64,000 nt of DNA from Antedon mediterranea (GCF_964355755.1 NC_092672.1:19047237-19111236), one strand, 5' to 3'. Positions 40,501 through 55,500 are shown, counted from the first letter of the stretch. Notes: generated from the letters alone by a model not told the origin. Numbers and translations: made by a program.

Positions 40501-43500
40501 TGTATGATAAAATATGTTTATCACAAAGAATGCCTAGTAAAATCTGAATGTTTTATCCATATAATTTTTATGTTGCCATTATTCTTATCAGTATTTTTAT
40601 CATTTATCTGCAGAACATTTTCTCATCTTGACATTATCTTACAGTTTATTAGTTCATGAATGATTTTTAGTTTATTTAATTTTATTTATATTTTAACAAT
40701 AGGCCTACATAAAATAAATTGTGTTGGTATCCAACGATACCAAAACAGTAAAAATTGACTATTGTCTGTATTTTGAATAATTATAGTCATTATTACCTTA
40801 GCAACCTCAAAGGTCGTAGAACCACAACATAATAAAGGTCAGTATCAAATATGTTAGTCAAAACACCAACAATCGCAGATACAGTGATCACAAAATCAAA
40901 TCTGGAAAAAAATTTAAAGCATGATTAGATTATAGACAGTGATTCAACCTAATATTGGTAAAAAGATAAATATTTGGGCACATACGGCATTTCATATTTC
41001 TATCTGCCTAAAAAATAGAAAACAACTAGAGACTTATAAGGGAAAGTCTAGTAAAACTTGTATAGTACACCTTTTCCAAAGTAAAACTTATCAGCATACT
41101 ATATCCAACAGCAAAAAAATCATCAATTGAGACGAGAAACACTAGCTACACTGTTATTAAAGCCAAAAGAATCTTTTTGCCATATGATCAATTTCCACTC
41201 TCTGTCACTGTTTATTTGTTATTATTTTTCTCTCTATATTCATGTTAGTTAGTCTGAATACAAGAGGTAGGCTAGACAAAATTACAATGGTAAGATAATC
41301 AAATGCTAGAGAAAAACTTTAAAAAAACTGAATTTTAAAACAAAACATTGTCATGTATCTCATACAGAAATGGTACAATTCGCATAGATGCGATTCAGTG
41401 AAAACAAATCCATCAAAGGAATGTAACCATTCCTTGGACGCACATAGTCAACCTAAGAAAACACATGAGGGTACATGTTCGAAAATTTACATTAAGTCAT
41501 AAAGCATGTTTTTTTAAATTGGAACAAACTCCAGACACCAGCCATAAATGCATCATCAATCAATGCCTTCATGCAAGAAGTGCACACATTTTTGGGTTAC
41601 TAAGGACGAAGCCCCTTCCACACATTCCACAACACTAAGTTGGTAGGAGCGGAGTTTAACCATCACTTGAGTCTGAAACATGCTATAATTTAGTCGAAAA
41701 TAAATTTGTTCATTTTAAAAATTGCAAGTGCACAATTGAGTACATCTGGAAACAAAACACTCAAGTAGTTATGTATGCATTCAGTTGCCTATATTCATGC
41801 TTTACCAAATAAGACAGTGGAACCGTAATCACGTAGCCATAACATCGGCAGGGGTTCGAGGCTCACTCACTCTATGGTTCTGGTGGTAGAACGAGTCTTC
41901 TCGGATAAGGACTATAAACCGTAGGTCCAGTGTACACAACTTGCTCGTGTGCACTTTAAAGAACCTAGTACATCTTTCGAGACGAGTAGGGGGTTACCCC
42001 GGTGTATTAGTACATCACAGCCACTGATCACCAACTGGGCCCTCTGGGAGATCAGTCTTTGACTGAAGAGGTCACCCAGTATAAAGATAAAACAAATCAG
42101 CAATGAATTGATTTAAGAACCAAATATTTAGATTTTTACAGAATGAAATAAAACTTTATTGGAATACTATACATCATGTGTATGGATTTATGATATGGAA
42201 CTTAAGTAAATAATATAACAAATAAATACAACTTTTTATGTAAACTTCAAAACTCACTAACCTTCTAGAAAGTGAATCATTTCCAAAGTCTAAGGGACAT
42301 AATCATGATTTATATTGTATGGATTTGTTGAAAACTCAGGCTAGCCAATGCTCATTACTTAAAGAAATATATCCAATACAAAGATGATATGCAGGCAAAT
42401 GAATCAAAAGAAATGCGACTGTCAAAAAACATTATACATACATACTGTACTCTTCATTTTATTTATAATTTAAAAACTTGCAGATAACTGAAATAAATAC
42501 AAACATCAAATGATCAATTAAAATGAGATTTGTTAAGCGTTTAGGAAAGTAATCCGTGAATCTAAAATCTACCAAATCCAGAACAAAAACCCACAAAACT
42601 GCATTCTGCAGACTGACCGCCAATTCTGTCTAATTGTCATATATGGTGGGGATGGGTTTTTTCACTTATGAAAAAAAAACAAGACAACTAAATAGCGTTC
42701 GTTGATTCTCTAAAGGCACATTTACACTAGGGCGATAATGGTCGACGATAAATACTGTAGATATGCATGTACTTTTCATATATAAAACAAAAGAAAACTA
42801 ACAAGTTTGCATCCAATAACTAGAGAATACTAATCTATATGCTTCCTTGAAAACGATATTTTCACACATCCATATGTCATATGACGTCATGATTGATAAG
42901 AGCAAAAATATCGTGGCAATTATTAATCATGACGTCATTTGGTTGGGTTTTAAAAAATATTTTTTTATCTAAGAACAAAAACCTTTATAATTTCTTTTGT
43001 TTTATCACTCTATAGAATAATAAAAGACGTCTTCAACAGTTTATTGTAATTTATTTCTAATCCAAACAAAGTTATGCTTAATTAATTGTTTACAATCTGT
43101 GCATTTACAATACAAGATATTTTTTGAAGAAAGAAATCTAAAATTCTTCCTGATGCTAAACCAAGTAATAACAATAGATAAACTTTTTTTTAAATACACA
43201 AATATAGCAAGGTATTGTACAGGTCGAAGCATGGACAAACTAACTTATTTCTCCATGGTCAAAGCTACCCTTATACTGTAAATATACACTGATTTGTGAG
43301 TGGATTAATCTCCTAGTCTATTAGTACTACACCTTTGAGGGTGTAATGGCCAGATATATTGTTTGTATATTCATGATATTGATGATGTATTTTTTTTTGT
43401 ATTTTAGACTTCAAATTTGTTGTTCTAGCTAATTCTTACATCTTTTATATATGTGAAAGTTTTAATGTACATTTGCCTCAGTTATTCTGCAATGACATTT

Positions 43501-46500
43501 TAATTTGAAATTGCATTGAACTACTGTTACAAATAATGAATGTTTATGAGTTGGATGGTGAGAACATTTCCCAAGTCAATTTTTCAACAAACGAAACATT
43601 CATTATTTGTTTCATAACAATATTATTTTATTCAATTTATCCATTGTAAATCATTGATTAATGCTAGGCCAGGAAGCTAGGTCATTAAAAAAGCACAATA
43701 AGTTGATTTCCGAACACGATCAGTCAACAATGTCGCATGGCAAAACTTCAGGTGTGTTATCAGGCCCGTAGCCAGGGGGGGTTTTTATGGTTCGGCCGAA
43801 CCCCCCCCCCCCTTACAGCGAACCCCCCTTAACCAACTGCGAACCCCCATCCCCGACATGCCCAATACCTTACCCTCATCTCCAAAAATCCACCAAATAC
43901 GTGCCCCACAGTACAAAAAGTTGTTTGTAAATTGAAAAATTCGTAAACTTGTTCGTGAACCTCCTTCTTCTCTGTATGAGCGTCAACTAGTGATACGTGT
44001 CTGTAAATTTCTAAAAGCTGCAAATGAATTGCCGATTTTAACCTGAAAAATAAATGTTTGGTCCCTGCATGTAACATGATATTGACGCGTCTCATAGCGA
44101 GCTGGCGCACGAACGATTCGTACAAAGGACACCGCCAGACAACAACTGCGTACCTATAATTGTTTAGATCACTGGCAGTCAGGCAGCATGCATAAAGTAT
44201 ATAGCCTTCCGACGTACATCAGTATTTATGTGTGACTAATGAAGTATAATGTATCATAGAGGATTATAGTGAATATTAATATTTTACACTATAATATCTA
44301 TGGTATCAAGTACTGTAGTTCACATTATGGCATCCGATTATTTTTTTCTAGACCACCAGCCGATACGTATTAAAATGTATCAATATCACCTATTTACATA
44401 TTTATATTCCTCAACAAATTGCTGTAAATAAATATTATAGATAGAGCTAGCAAATAGCATTTGCCTTCACCCAGTGTGCTTTTTTCGGGGCTGCTCCTAG
44501 ATGTACGTTCGCATTGAACTTGAACGCAAAACAAAATACGGAGTAAATGATCAAACAATCGGCGGTTCCGCACAGAGCACGCGCATCTAACATACGGCAA
44601 CAAATAGTTATCGTCATTTAAATTATCGACGTGTTTGAGGAGGAGGAAAACAATACGATCTTTTTGCTCATTGGTTATATAGCATGCTGAACGAGAGTGT
44701 CTTTTCCGGCCATCTAGGGGTGTCATTTAACAAAATTCGCTTCGCATCAGGCTGGGGGAGGGGGGGGGTTTGACCCAAATATTTAATGTCCGAACCCCCC
44801 CTTGACAGATCCTGGCTACGGCCCTGGTTATAATAACTACTATACTGTACATTTATACACAATTTTTTATTATGTATAATTCCTGAATAAATTAAAAAAC
44901 AATTCAAACCTCTCACAACCTATAGACAAAGACATTTAAAGCTATAAACATTGTATTCTATTCCGAGCGATAGGCTATTAGATTAAGTTCAGTATTTTTG
45001 AAAGTCTTTATTTGAAAATCATAGATCTTACACAGCAATCTATTGTCAACTACAGTCTGTTATGGAAGTCATCATCAGATCTTCCACAGCAATCTATTGT
45101 CAACTACAGTCTGGTTATGGAAGTCATCATCAGATCTTCCACAGCAATCTATTGTCAACTACAGTCTGGTTATGGAAGTCATCATCAGATCTTCCACAGC
45201 AATCTATTGTCAACTACAGTCTGGTTATGGAAGTCATCATCAGATCTTCCACAGCAATCTATTGTCAACTACAGTCTGGTTATGGAAGTCATCATCAGAT
45301 CTTCATGGATGACTGGTTGATAGAATTAGTTGACAACACACAGTACTGTCTTGAAATCATTCAGGCCACATGCAGATATGTAAACTTTCTATATACTTTT
45401 ATTGTATAGTTATTCTGGAATCCAGTGTTTGTTTAGAAATAACAAAAGCCACAGTAGCTTTCGTTAAGTGGTCGGACACCATATGAACTAATACCTACAA
45501 ATGAACCACATTCTTGTCTAGAAACCGTAACAGGGTAAAGCACTTCTCCACTTTCAACCCACCCTAATCGACAAACATCAAGTCCAGATTCATAAGCAGC
45601 CTGAACTTGTGCTCTTGTGGCTAATTTACCTCCATGGCCAATGCATCTGTTTTGTGCCTCATAATAATCAAGACTGCAAATAGAAAAGCTATTGACACAC
45701 ACAACACCATGAGCGGGAAAAGGGTATGGATTTGTAAGGATCTCGCCTTCAATAGGAATGTAACACATGCCAAAATATTCTTGTTCAGGGTCTTCCAATA
45801 TTATTTGATTAGCAGTATTATAATGCCAGTATTCAGAGGGAATATTATGAGAAACAGCGTTTCCTGCCAGACCTCTAGAGAACCAAGCAAATGTGTTAAC
45901 ATCTACACCTTTTTTCCAAATTTCATAAACTTCAAAAGGAGTTGCCAGCCGACCACCAAATTGGTTTGTACAACACTCCTCAGATTCACTAGCGGTCAGT
46001 TTTTTTGATTCGTTTACGGTCACTCGAATTATTCGCTGGTCAGGTGAAATGTTATCAGCAATATTCAAAGAGTGATTGTACTCCTTGTAACAATAGTATC
46101 CGCTGAGATACGACTTACAGGGAAAGACGTTAGCATGTAGATTTGGTATTTTCAATGTGCATTTGTCACCGGTCAATTCTGTGAATGCAATCTCACCACT
46201 TATAAGCCAGCCTTCAGTACAGTTGTCCAATTGAGCTTGAAATATTTCAAGATGTTGGTAGGATGCTAGAGTACCCAAATTTTGTTTACATACCTCATAG
46301 GCATCTTCAAGTGTAACCAAGTTATTTGAATTGTGATACACATAATCTGAAATATGACAAGGAATAAGTTTCAACAAACAATATACCAGTAATGTTATAG
46401 TAATAGTAGTATTAGAAACAGAAACTATGGGACTGAACTCTAAAAAATAAATCATTTTATTATTATTACTTACGTTTCTTAAAATCTTGATTCAAGACCT

Positions 46501-49500
46501 GAAATAAAAACAAAACTAATACATTAAGCATGCATTTAAAACATTATTTTGTTTTAATTCATAAAAAGAAAAAAAAAAACAGTTAGAAATGTTCCTAATA
46601 TTTTATTTAATAAGTTTTGAAATTTTATCCTAAAATGGTACACAACACATTTATTCAAATGATGTTGGCAAAATAATGCATAATATTTATGCACAAAGCA
46701 AACAGATAAAGATAAGATAAATCTTTATTGTCATTACCACAATAAGTTGAACATGAAATTGTCCTTGATGCCTATATACACACACAAAACAGAAAAACAT
46801 GTTTGACATGACATTCTAACTACTATGTTACTTGTTGATCTATAATCTTACCTTTTCAAAGTATCTATATACATCAACTTGTTTGAAATTGTCAACCTTG
46901 TTTTCATCTTTTTGTAGTGTGTTGATTTGACAAGTTAAATTGTCTTCTCTGTAGTTGACCGACAAACAGTAGATTTTTCTTGAACACTCCAATAAACACT
47001 GAACGCGGTTGATATTTTGTAATTCATACTTCCAGCCCAAAAGAGCATGGTTCGAAACAATACTATACTGGGCAGAGTGTACTATTGGTGTAAGGCATAA
47101 TATTAAGCAAATGCCTTTGCTTAATAAAAAGAAATCCATGATGAGCCAACTGTTGCGAAACAAATACAAGTTAACCTGTAATGTTTTGTTGTGTGTGTTT
47201 GAGAGGCGGTAATTTGTAAATGATCAACTTGCATCAACTGCATTGTAGTTTTAATGAGAAAATATACTTTTATTGACAATGAAACTGAACCTATTTTATT
47301 TTACAATTGGAACCAAATAACTTGGCTAATTTGGAGATAGATCTAAATACGGTTGATCATATATCAGTAAATTAAAGATTACCATCGATCACTTAATTTA
47401 AAAACAGTATTGATGTGAACATTTATATTGGTTAAAGAATTGAGAAATGTAATTAAAAAAAATATATACTTTCATTGACAATGGGCCTTCATTAATTTTC
47501 AAATGGATGAAGTTAATTCCAAAATGTACTGTAATGCTTAAAACTTGAAATTACAATACTTGAAAATACTACTGTATAGCTACTTTAAACTCACAAATAC
47601 AAGTCAAAATTACTATTAACAAATAATAATAATACCCCATATTTATAGCACCCATTTCATGCTAAAATCTGCCTTAAATAATGAATGGACTTCTCTCATT
47701 AGGGTCACATCTTGTCAGTGCAGCCAACACTCACTACTCTGTTCATGACAGTGACTGTGTGAACTAGCACAGCACAATAAAAAAGTGTATCTGCAATGCA
47801 TATTCAATGACAAGGGCATTCATTTTCAATTGGAACCAAATGACCAAAGTAGATTTAAACATACTGTACATAATGCAAAACTTTTGACTAAACAGCATCT
47901 TAATGTTATTGATAAGAATATTTAATTTATAGAAATTATTGATCACAAGTCAAATACATTGCTTGCAGTATTGATGAGATCTTTCAATGTTGTTAAATTT
48001 AAAACAAATATACGTACTCTTCATCAAATTACTTGGGGACAGTGGAGTAACGGCTATGAGCGCTAACTGGGGCTCGAGGCTTAATTGCATAATAATAAAT
48101 AAATGACAAACTCTACTTCATTGACAATGGAACTTAATTTATTTGCAATTGGACCTAAATTAATTGCTTAATTTAGAGATACGCAGATCTTAAATAAAAT
48201 TACATGATATACTTAACAGTTTTAAGACATATTGTTGTAAAATAAAGATTAGCTGATCACTTAATGTTAAATATATTGCAGTAATTTGATGAATTTGAAT
48301 CGGTTAAATTCTAAAATTAAATAGCAATATGATTAAAAAAATACTTTCATTTGCTGTAATTGGAAACAAATTACTTGAAGTTAACTTGGATACATAGAAA
48401 CTCAATCGATTGGATGTTAAAACGTTGTTCAAAACTGGATTGCACAATTTGAAAATTGTCTACATAAGATATTTCCTCTAATACATAAGATATATAGTGT
48501 CAATTAAAATAAAGGTTAATACACTGTTCTACGAACACTCACTATAATTGCAAATTTGTTTGTAATATTTTCGGAGAAACCATTCTCCATCCTCATATAT
48601 AGTGTTTGATTGAATTGATTGAAATATATATTTATACTGGGTAACCTCTTCAGTCAAAGACTGGTCTCCCAGAGGGCCCAGTTGGTGATCAGTGGCTGTG
48701 ATGTACTAACACACCGGGGTAACCCCCTACTCGTCTCGAAAGATGTACTAGGTTCTTTAAAGTGCACACGAGCTAGATGTGTACACTGGACCTACGGTTT
48801 ATAGTCCTTATCCGAGAAGACTCGTTCTACCACCAGAACCATGGAGTGAGTGAGCCTCGAACCCATGCCGATGTTATGGCTACGTAATTACGGTTCCACT
48901 GTCTTAACCGCTCGGCCACTCACTCAACTTCTTAAATTTGAAGTTAATATGTGACTGAAGTATGCAACACCTTGTCATCCAATACTGTTTTGGGAGGCTT
49001 ATTCATCTAGGAGTAGAAGGGCAAAACAGCATACAGTTGGACTTTTTTTTTATTATATTTAAAATAACATTGTTGTTCGACACAAAGCCCACACACATGT
49101 CAACCAGCCCTTGAAGTGCTGAAGCAGAGAGAGCTAACAGAACAAGATCATCTTACCAAGGAAAATACTGAGAGAGTAACTGCAGGGAAACTATCAGATA
49201 GTCACCCCATCTGATGAGAAGAACGTCCAGTTATTAGCTCTGTTAAAGGCTTTGCTTAAGTCAAGGGAACAAGCATATACTGGGATACCCACCATAACGG
49301 TTGTATCAATTAATAATTTGTTTTACAACAAAAATACATGTATCAGTTGAATGCTGAGGTTTAAAGGTGATGATGATGGTCATTGTATTAAGAAAATATT
49401 ACAAAAATTGACAAGAAGATATGAACTTGTTAGTTCCGCACGACAAACGCCACATGCACATCATACGTTGGAATATTGCCCACAGAAAATAATTATGGCA

Positions 49501-52500
49501 TTATGACCTGATCTGAAGAATATAATATACTGATACTATTTTATTGTCCATAGTAATATAAATGGAAATTATTTATTTGGAAATTAAATGGAAATTTATT
49601 ATTATTCCAAATATTATTACTTCAGTTACTTTGGAATTACTAGTACTTGGTTTCTGTGTTTTGGGATTGATGGACTTGGTGGAAGAGACATTACTACCTC
49701 AGCCTCACCATGGTTGGTGCAAGAGACATTACTACCTCAGCCTCACCATGGTTGGTGCAAGAGACATTACTACCTCAGCCTCACCATGGTTAGAAGAGAC
49801 ATTACTACCTCAGCCTCACCATGGTAGGTGCAAGAGACATTACTACCTCAGCCTCACCATGGTTGGTGCAAGAGACATTACTACCTCAGCCTCACCATGG
49901 TTGGTGCAAGAGACATTACTACCTCAGCCTCACCATGGTTGGTGCAAGAGACATTACTACCTCAGCCTCACCATGGTTGGTGCAAGAGACATTACTACCT
50001 CAGCCTCACCATGGTTGGTGCAAGAGACATTACTACCTCAGCCTCACCATGGTTGGTGCAAGAGACATTACTACCTCAGCCTCACCATGGTTGGTGCAAG
50101 AGACATTACTACCTCAGCCTCACCATGGTTGGTGCAAGAGACATTACTACCTCAGCCTCACCATGGTTGGTGCAAGAGACATTACTACCTCAGCCTCACC
50201 ATGGTTGGTGCAAGAGACATTACTACCTCAGCCTCACCATGGTTGGTGCAAGAGACATTACTACCTCAGCCTCACCATGGTTGGTGCAAGAGACATTACT
50301 ACCTCAGCCTCACCATGGTTGGTGCAAGAGACATTACTACCTCAGCCTCACCATGGTTAGAAGAGACATTACTACCTCAGCCTCACCATGGTAGGTGCAA
50401 GAGACATTACTACCTCAGCCTCACCATGGTTGGTGCAAGAGACATTACTACCTCAGCCTCACCATGGTTGGTGCAAGAGACATTACTACCTCAGCCTCAC
50501 CATGGTTGGTGCAAGAGACATTACTACCTCAGCCTCACCATGGTTGGTGCAAGAGACATTACTACCTCAGCCTCACCATGGTTGGTGCAAGAGACATTAC
50601 TACCTCAGCCTCACCATGGTTGGTGCAAGAGACATTACTACCTCAGCCTCACCATGGTTGGTGCAAGAGACATTACTACCTCAGCCTCACCATGGTTGGT
50701 GCAAGAGACATTACTACCTCAGCCTCACCATGGTTGGTGCAAGAGACATTACTACCTCAGCCTCACCATGGTTGGTGCAAGAGACATTACTACCTCAGCC
50801 TCACCATGGTTGGTGCAAGAGACATTACTACCTCAGCCTCACCATGGTTGGTGCAAGAGACATTACTACCTCAGCCTCACCATGGTTGGTGCAAGAGACA
50901 TTACTACCTCAGCCTCACCATGGTTGGTGCAAGAGACATTACTACCTCAGCCTCACCATGGTTGGTGCAAGAGACATTACTACCTCAGCCTCACCATGGT
51001 TGGTGCAAGAGACATTACTACCTCAGCCTCACCATGGTTGGTGCAAGAGACATTACTACCTCAGCCTCACCATGGTTGGGTAAAAAATCTCTTTTAGTCA
51101 CAAAAAATCTCTGTACCGAACTTCCTTCAGAAGGAATGATATAAGACTACGTAAGGATGAAATGGTGTTATTGTGTTTAAGGATTGTTTCTTCTTAGACA
51201 AACTTTTGGAATATAGACCTGAAAAATGTAATCATTTTATGATACCAGTATAATGTTTTTCAGGGGATTAAAATTAGCTCTTTGTCAAGTAGACTGGGGT
51301 TCCCTTTTATTACACAAACTGTAGCCTATAATGTAGCCTACAAAGTTATGTGCAAAGATAAGAATTACACTACTACAATGTTGAACTCTGCATTATCTAT
51401 AGAATTAATGGTTCCTATACAAAAGAAATTTAAAAAATTTTTTTTGTATAATCGAGGTCATCATTATTATTATGTGATAAATTCACATAATAATAATATT
51501 TGTTTTTAATAATTTGAGAAAACTACGCCTCCATATTGCTAGAAATTGGACTCGTAATCAATATTACAGCAAATATACTGTATAAAACATGGTGTTTTGC
51601 ATTGAAAATAAGGGGACCATCCCTCAAAAATGTGTGGGGGCAAGGTGGAGCTACTGTATGATTGAATAATCAGAACAATGTATGACCCATTTATTGTTTA
51701 AATAACATAAGTGTTTAGGCAATTGATTAGGGCCAAACAAAACCAGCTTGATGATACTGTAGGCAGACCGTTGAACCAGGAAAGAGTAAATAATGTTTAA
51801 CATGTTGTTCAGGGCTTCTTTAGTTGGTGGTAATGGTATGTTTTCATATAATTGCTGATTTTTGGAGAAAAGATTAAATCTTGCTTCAAACATATGGAAT
51901 GATCCTCCTCAGAATCCTGTTTTTGCTTAAAAGGCTAAAATATTTATTAGAAGAATATATAAGTTCTGTATTAGAAATGTTTTACTACCTACTTATGCAT
52001 AACAATTCCCAACAGTATTCTGGTTGGTATGCTTTATTACTTGATATGAAGAAAAATTAATGATTTAAGGCAAAGTTAGGATGATTGTTTTGTAGAGGTT
52101 AAAAGTGAGTCTTGATTTAAACAAGAACTGATAAACTTAACTAAATAGAAATTAGTAAACAATTCTAGAACATGTACTGAGTCTTGTAACAATAATTACG
52201 ATTAATGAATTACTCATTTATCTGTGCTGGAGAATCAAACTCACACAGAAGGCATTGTACTAGAAACTGTAGGCTATCAAAGGTTCACATTTGGTGCAGT
52301 AAATCATTTGGCAGTAAAATGAGTTATGTCCGCATGTGGGAGTGTGTGCAATGACTAACTAACTACAATTGTTGTTTCAACTTTCAGTAGATGAGTAAAC
52401 CTCCATGCACAATTTGAAATCCAAATATATATAGAATACACATAGGTCTAGCATAGATGAAATAGCTAGCTATCTAGTGTAGTGTAAATACGGCGAACAT

Positions 52501-55500
52501 TATGCCCTTCACATCATTGATTCTATCACACGACACGTTTACTATATACAGTAACATATAGCCCTTCACATCATTGATTCTATTACACGACACGTTTACT
52601 ATATACAGTAACATATAGCCCTTCACATCATTGATTCTATCACACGACACGTTTACTATTACAGTAACATATAGCCCTTCACATCATTGATTCTATCACA
52701 CAACACGTTTACTATATGGGTCATTCCATCAGGTTGGGATACAGGGTAATTATACTAATGCAGCTCATTTAAATCATTATTGTATGATTATGAAAATGTT
52801 CCTGTTCAACATACAGCACAATCAGATTGACCTATTAATAAGCTACAAAATGAGACCAAACACGATCAAATCGGATACAATTTTGTGATATTTTTTTATG
52901 AATAAGTTATGGTGTTTAAGACGTTTTTAACACAAAATTGTGTTACAATAAAGAAGATGGATATATAAATATGTTTTTATGTACGAATACATCGCCATGT
53001 TGATTTATTTTGTTCATTTTATAATGTTAAAATATCCCAAATTTATCATACAAAAGCAAATTTTCACGTCTCAAAACTTTAAACTGACAGACTGTGGTTA
53101 CCAAAAAACCCCTCTTCGACGTAACATTGGTGTCAATTTGGGTCACAGTATGTTACGTCGATAAAGGGGTGTTATAATGGTCATTCTTACAATAGACTCA
53201 TAATTATATCATGCTTGACACATTTTAATATGTGTCTGTTATCAAAATAATACAAACAGAAATATACAATATTTGAAAAAAATTCAAAATCGATCAAAAG
53301 AAAAACAGCATATAACGATGGTGTTAACCGACATTTCTGTTACGTCGAAGTACTTATCCACAAAATACATAGTTAAATACCCTACTGTGTGAAGTGGAAT
53401 AGTCCTGTGGTGATACCCAGGGAAGTTCTAAGAATAATAATAAAAAAGTTTTCTCGCTGCTTTCGCGGAGTTTCTCGATACTGTTGTCAGGAGTTAACGA
53501 CTCCATGTTACGTCGAAGTGGTTAGGTTACGTCGAATTCCTGATAATTGTGGCCAACGTCAACAGTGTGTAAGTATATTTCTCTTTTTATTTGTAATTTT
53601 TACGAGGTATGTTATTACTTTACATAGTAAGATACGACATTAGAAATGTCACATAATTTGACAGGCACAGAGACGGTCAAGTGGGAGCCCTTGACGTATG
53701 TATACGGCGTCAATGTTACATCGAACTACCACGTTTCAGTGCTTAGATTTTTAGTGCTAACGTTTAAAATATCATCCTGTAATGTTCAGGAGGTAATATT
53801 TAGGTGTTGTTTTTCGGTTTACGTGTATTTTCATAAGTTCATAATGCGTGTAAGAATGAATACATAGTGAGAAAGCTCAGTATAGCCTAGATCTCTAGGC
53901 CCTAGTCTTCCACTGTTATCTTGTGGTAGTTTACCGTTCGGGCCACAACGGACCAACCTGGCGATCTTGGCATGGACGTTTGGACCCATTTAAGGACGAT
54001 CTTGCCTACCAAGTTTGATAGATTGGCCAAGCTTTAAAAAAATCTAAAAACGCATTATCGCATTGTCAATACTTTACAGCAAATACCACCCACACGCACA
54101 ATAACCCCTCCCCCGGCCAACGCCCCGAAACACCCCCCCCCCCCACCCGCCCCCATTTTTTTTTTTTTTTTTTTAAATTTAATTTTTTCTTTTACAGTAA
54201 TGCCACCACCGCTGAGGCTACGGATTTGACTTAAGTCAAGCAAAACAGTAGTACCTGTAGTGCCTTAAGACCCTAAAACATGTGAATTGTCAGCAACACC
54301 CGGTTTTGGTCAACCTTTATTGAAGTCTTACAGACAGAAATTAAAGCTGCTGTGGGACCCAAGGAACATAGTAAAACAAAAGAAGCAACAAGTTCAGGTA
54401 TTCCAATATAATTTAATATTAATTATTCACCTAGCCATGATCTTACGAAATTAAATCACTGTACAGTACATTTATTGTAAAGGTGGTTTCCACAAAATGC
54501 AATTTATTAACTGGTTTACTTATATGTATACAGATGAAGATGAACAAGACAGTGTACATGACAATGAGACATACAGTGTACAAGATGATGATGGAACAGA
54601 CAGCACAGATGAGAACAGAGAAATAAACAAGGACTCAGTCTGTATATCTTCTGGTGTAGTAGGTATGTTGCTCATTTGTGCAATTTATGAAATACAGCTG
54701 CTTTTTCTCTGGAAAGTCCATGTAGTGTACAGTACTATTAGTATTAAATGAAACCACAATATGTACTTTGTCAGGTACAATTTATAGCATCATCATCATC
54801 TGTTCACTTGGACATCATTTGTAGACTTTTTGTTTAATACACCCTCTTTGAACAGATTCCATACCGTATACGGGTGTTTATTTAAATTTGTTTTATTTAA
54901 TCTTCCAGTTGGTGACTATGTTGCTGTGATATATAATGATGATTGGTGGCCAGGACAGGTACTTGAAGTTGGTGATATGTGCTGCATCAGCTTCCTGGAA
55001 AAGAAGGGGGAAAACAAATTTATATGGCCTGTGGAGTGGAGAAAGATTGGATTGCACAGAGCCGTATATTTGCTAAGATTCCTTCTCCACCTATGCCAGT
55101 TACAAGTCGTTTCCTTGGCTTTGATTCAGCAAATGTCAGTTCCATCACATCTAGAGTGAACAACTACCTGAAAGCAAACAGAAAATAGGAGTGAGTGTCT
55201 TCCAGCTGCTGATTTTTTAATGGCTTTTGCCATGTTGATGTTAAATAATGCTGACGTAACATAAACATGGTGTCAATGTTACGTCCACAAACATTATTTC
55301 AGTTAAATCATAAAATACAACAAAAAATATAAAATACAAAAAAAATATATAAAATACAAAATACATAAAATACATTTTTAGCATATAGAACTTGAAAATG
55401 TTCATAGGACTAATTTAATAATTACATATTTGTAGTTTATACTTACTGTTGATTATGTAACATAAACATGGTGTCAATGTTACGTCCACACTTATTCATT

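Noticed and set aside
45634-46008. 124-aa plus-strand ORF
   Set aside because: Antisense shadow of the Link exon with no recognisable features.
46347-46455. ORF start MIYFLEF... as the N-terminus of the Link protein
   Set aside because: Better explained as intron read-through; the acceptor at 46347-46348 is in phase with the micro-exon and PAN exon. An alternative start cannot be excluded.
48040-48080. hAT TIR-like stubs (also ~30970, 62256, 63693)
   Set aside because: Unpaired short matches; boundaries and TSDs cannot be defined.
48840-48925. Functional tRNA gene
   Set aside because: Anticodon arm is irregular and the sequence continues into a SINE body present in three copies in this window.
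49562-51144. 511-aa and overlapping repetitive ORFs
   Set aside because: A 38-bp unit without stops cycles through all three frames; no synonymous variation; artefact of the tandem repeat.
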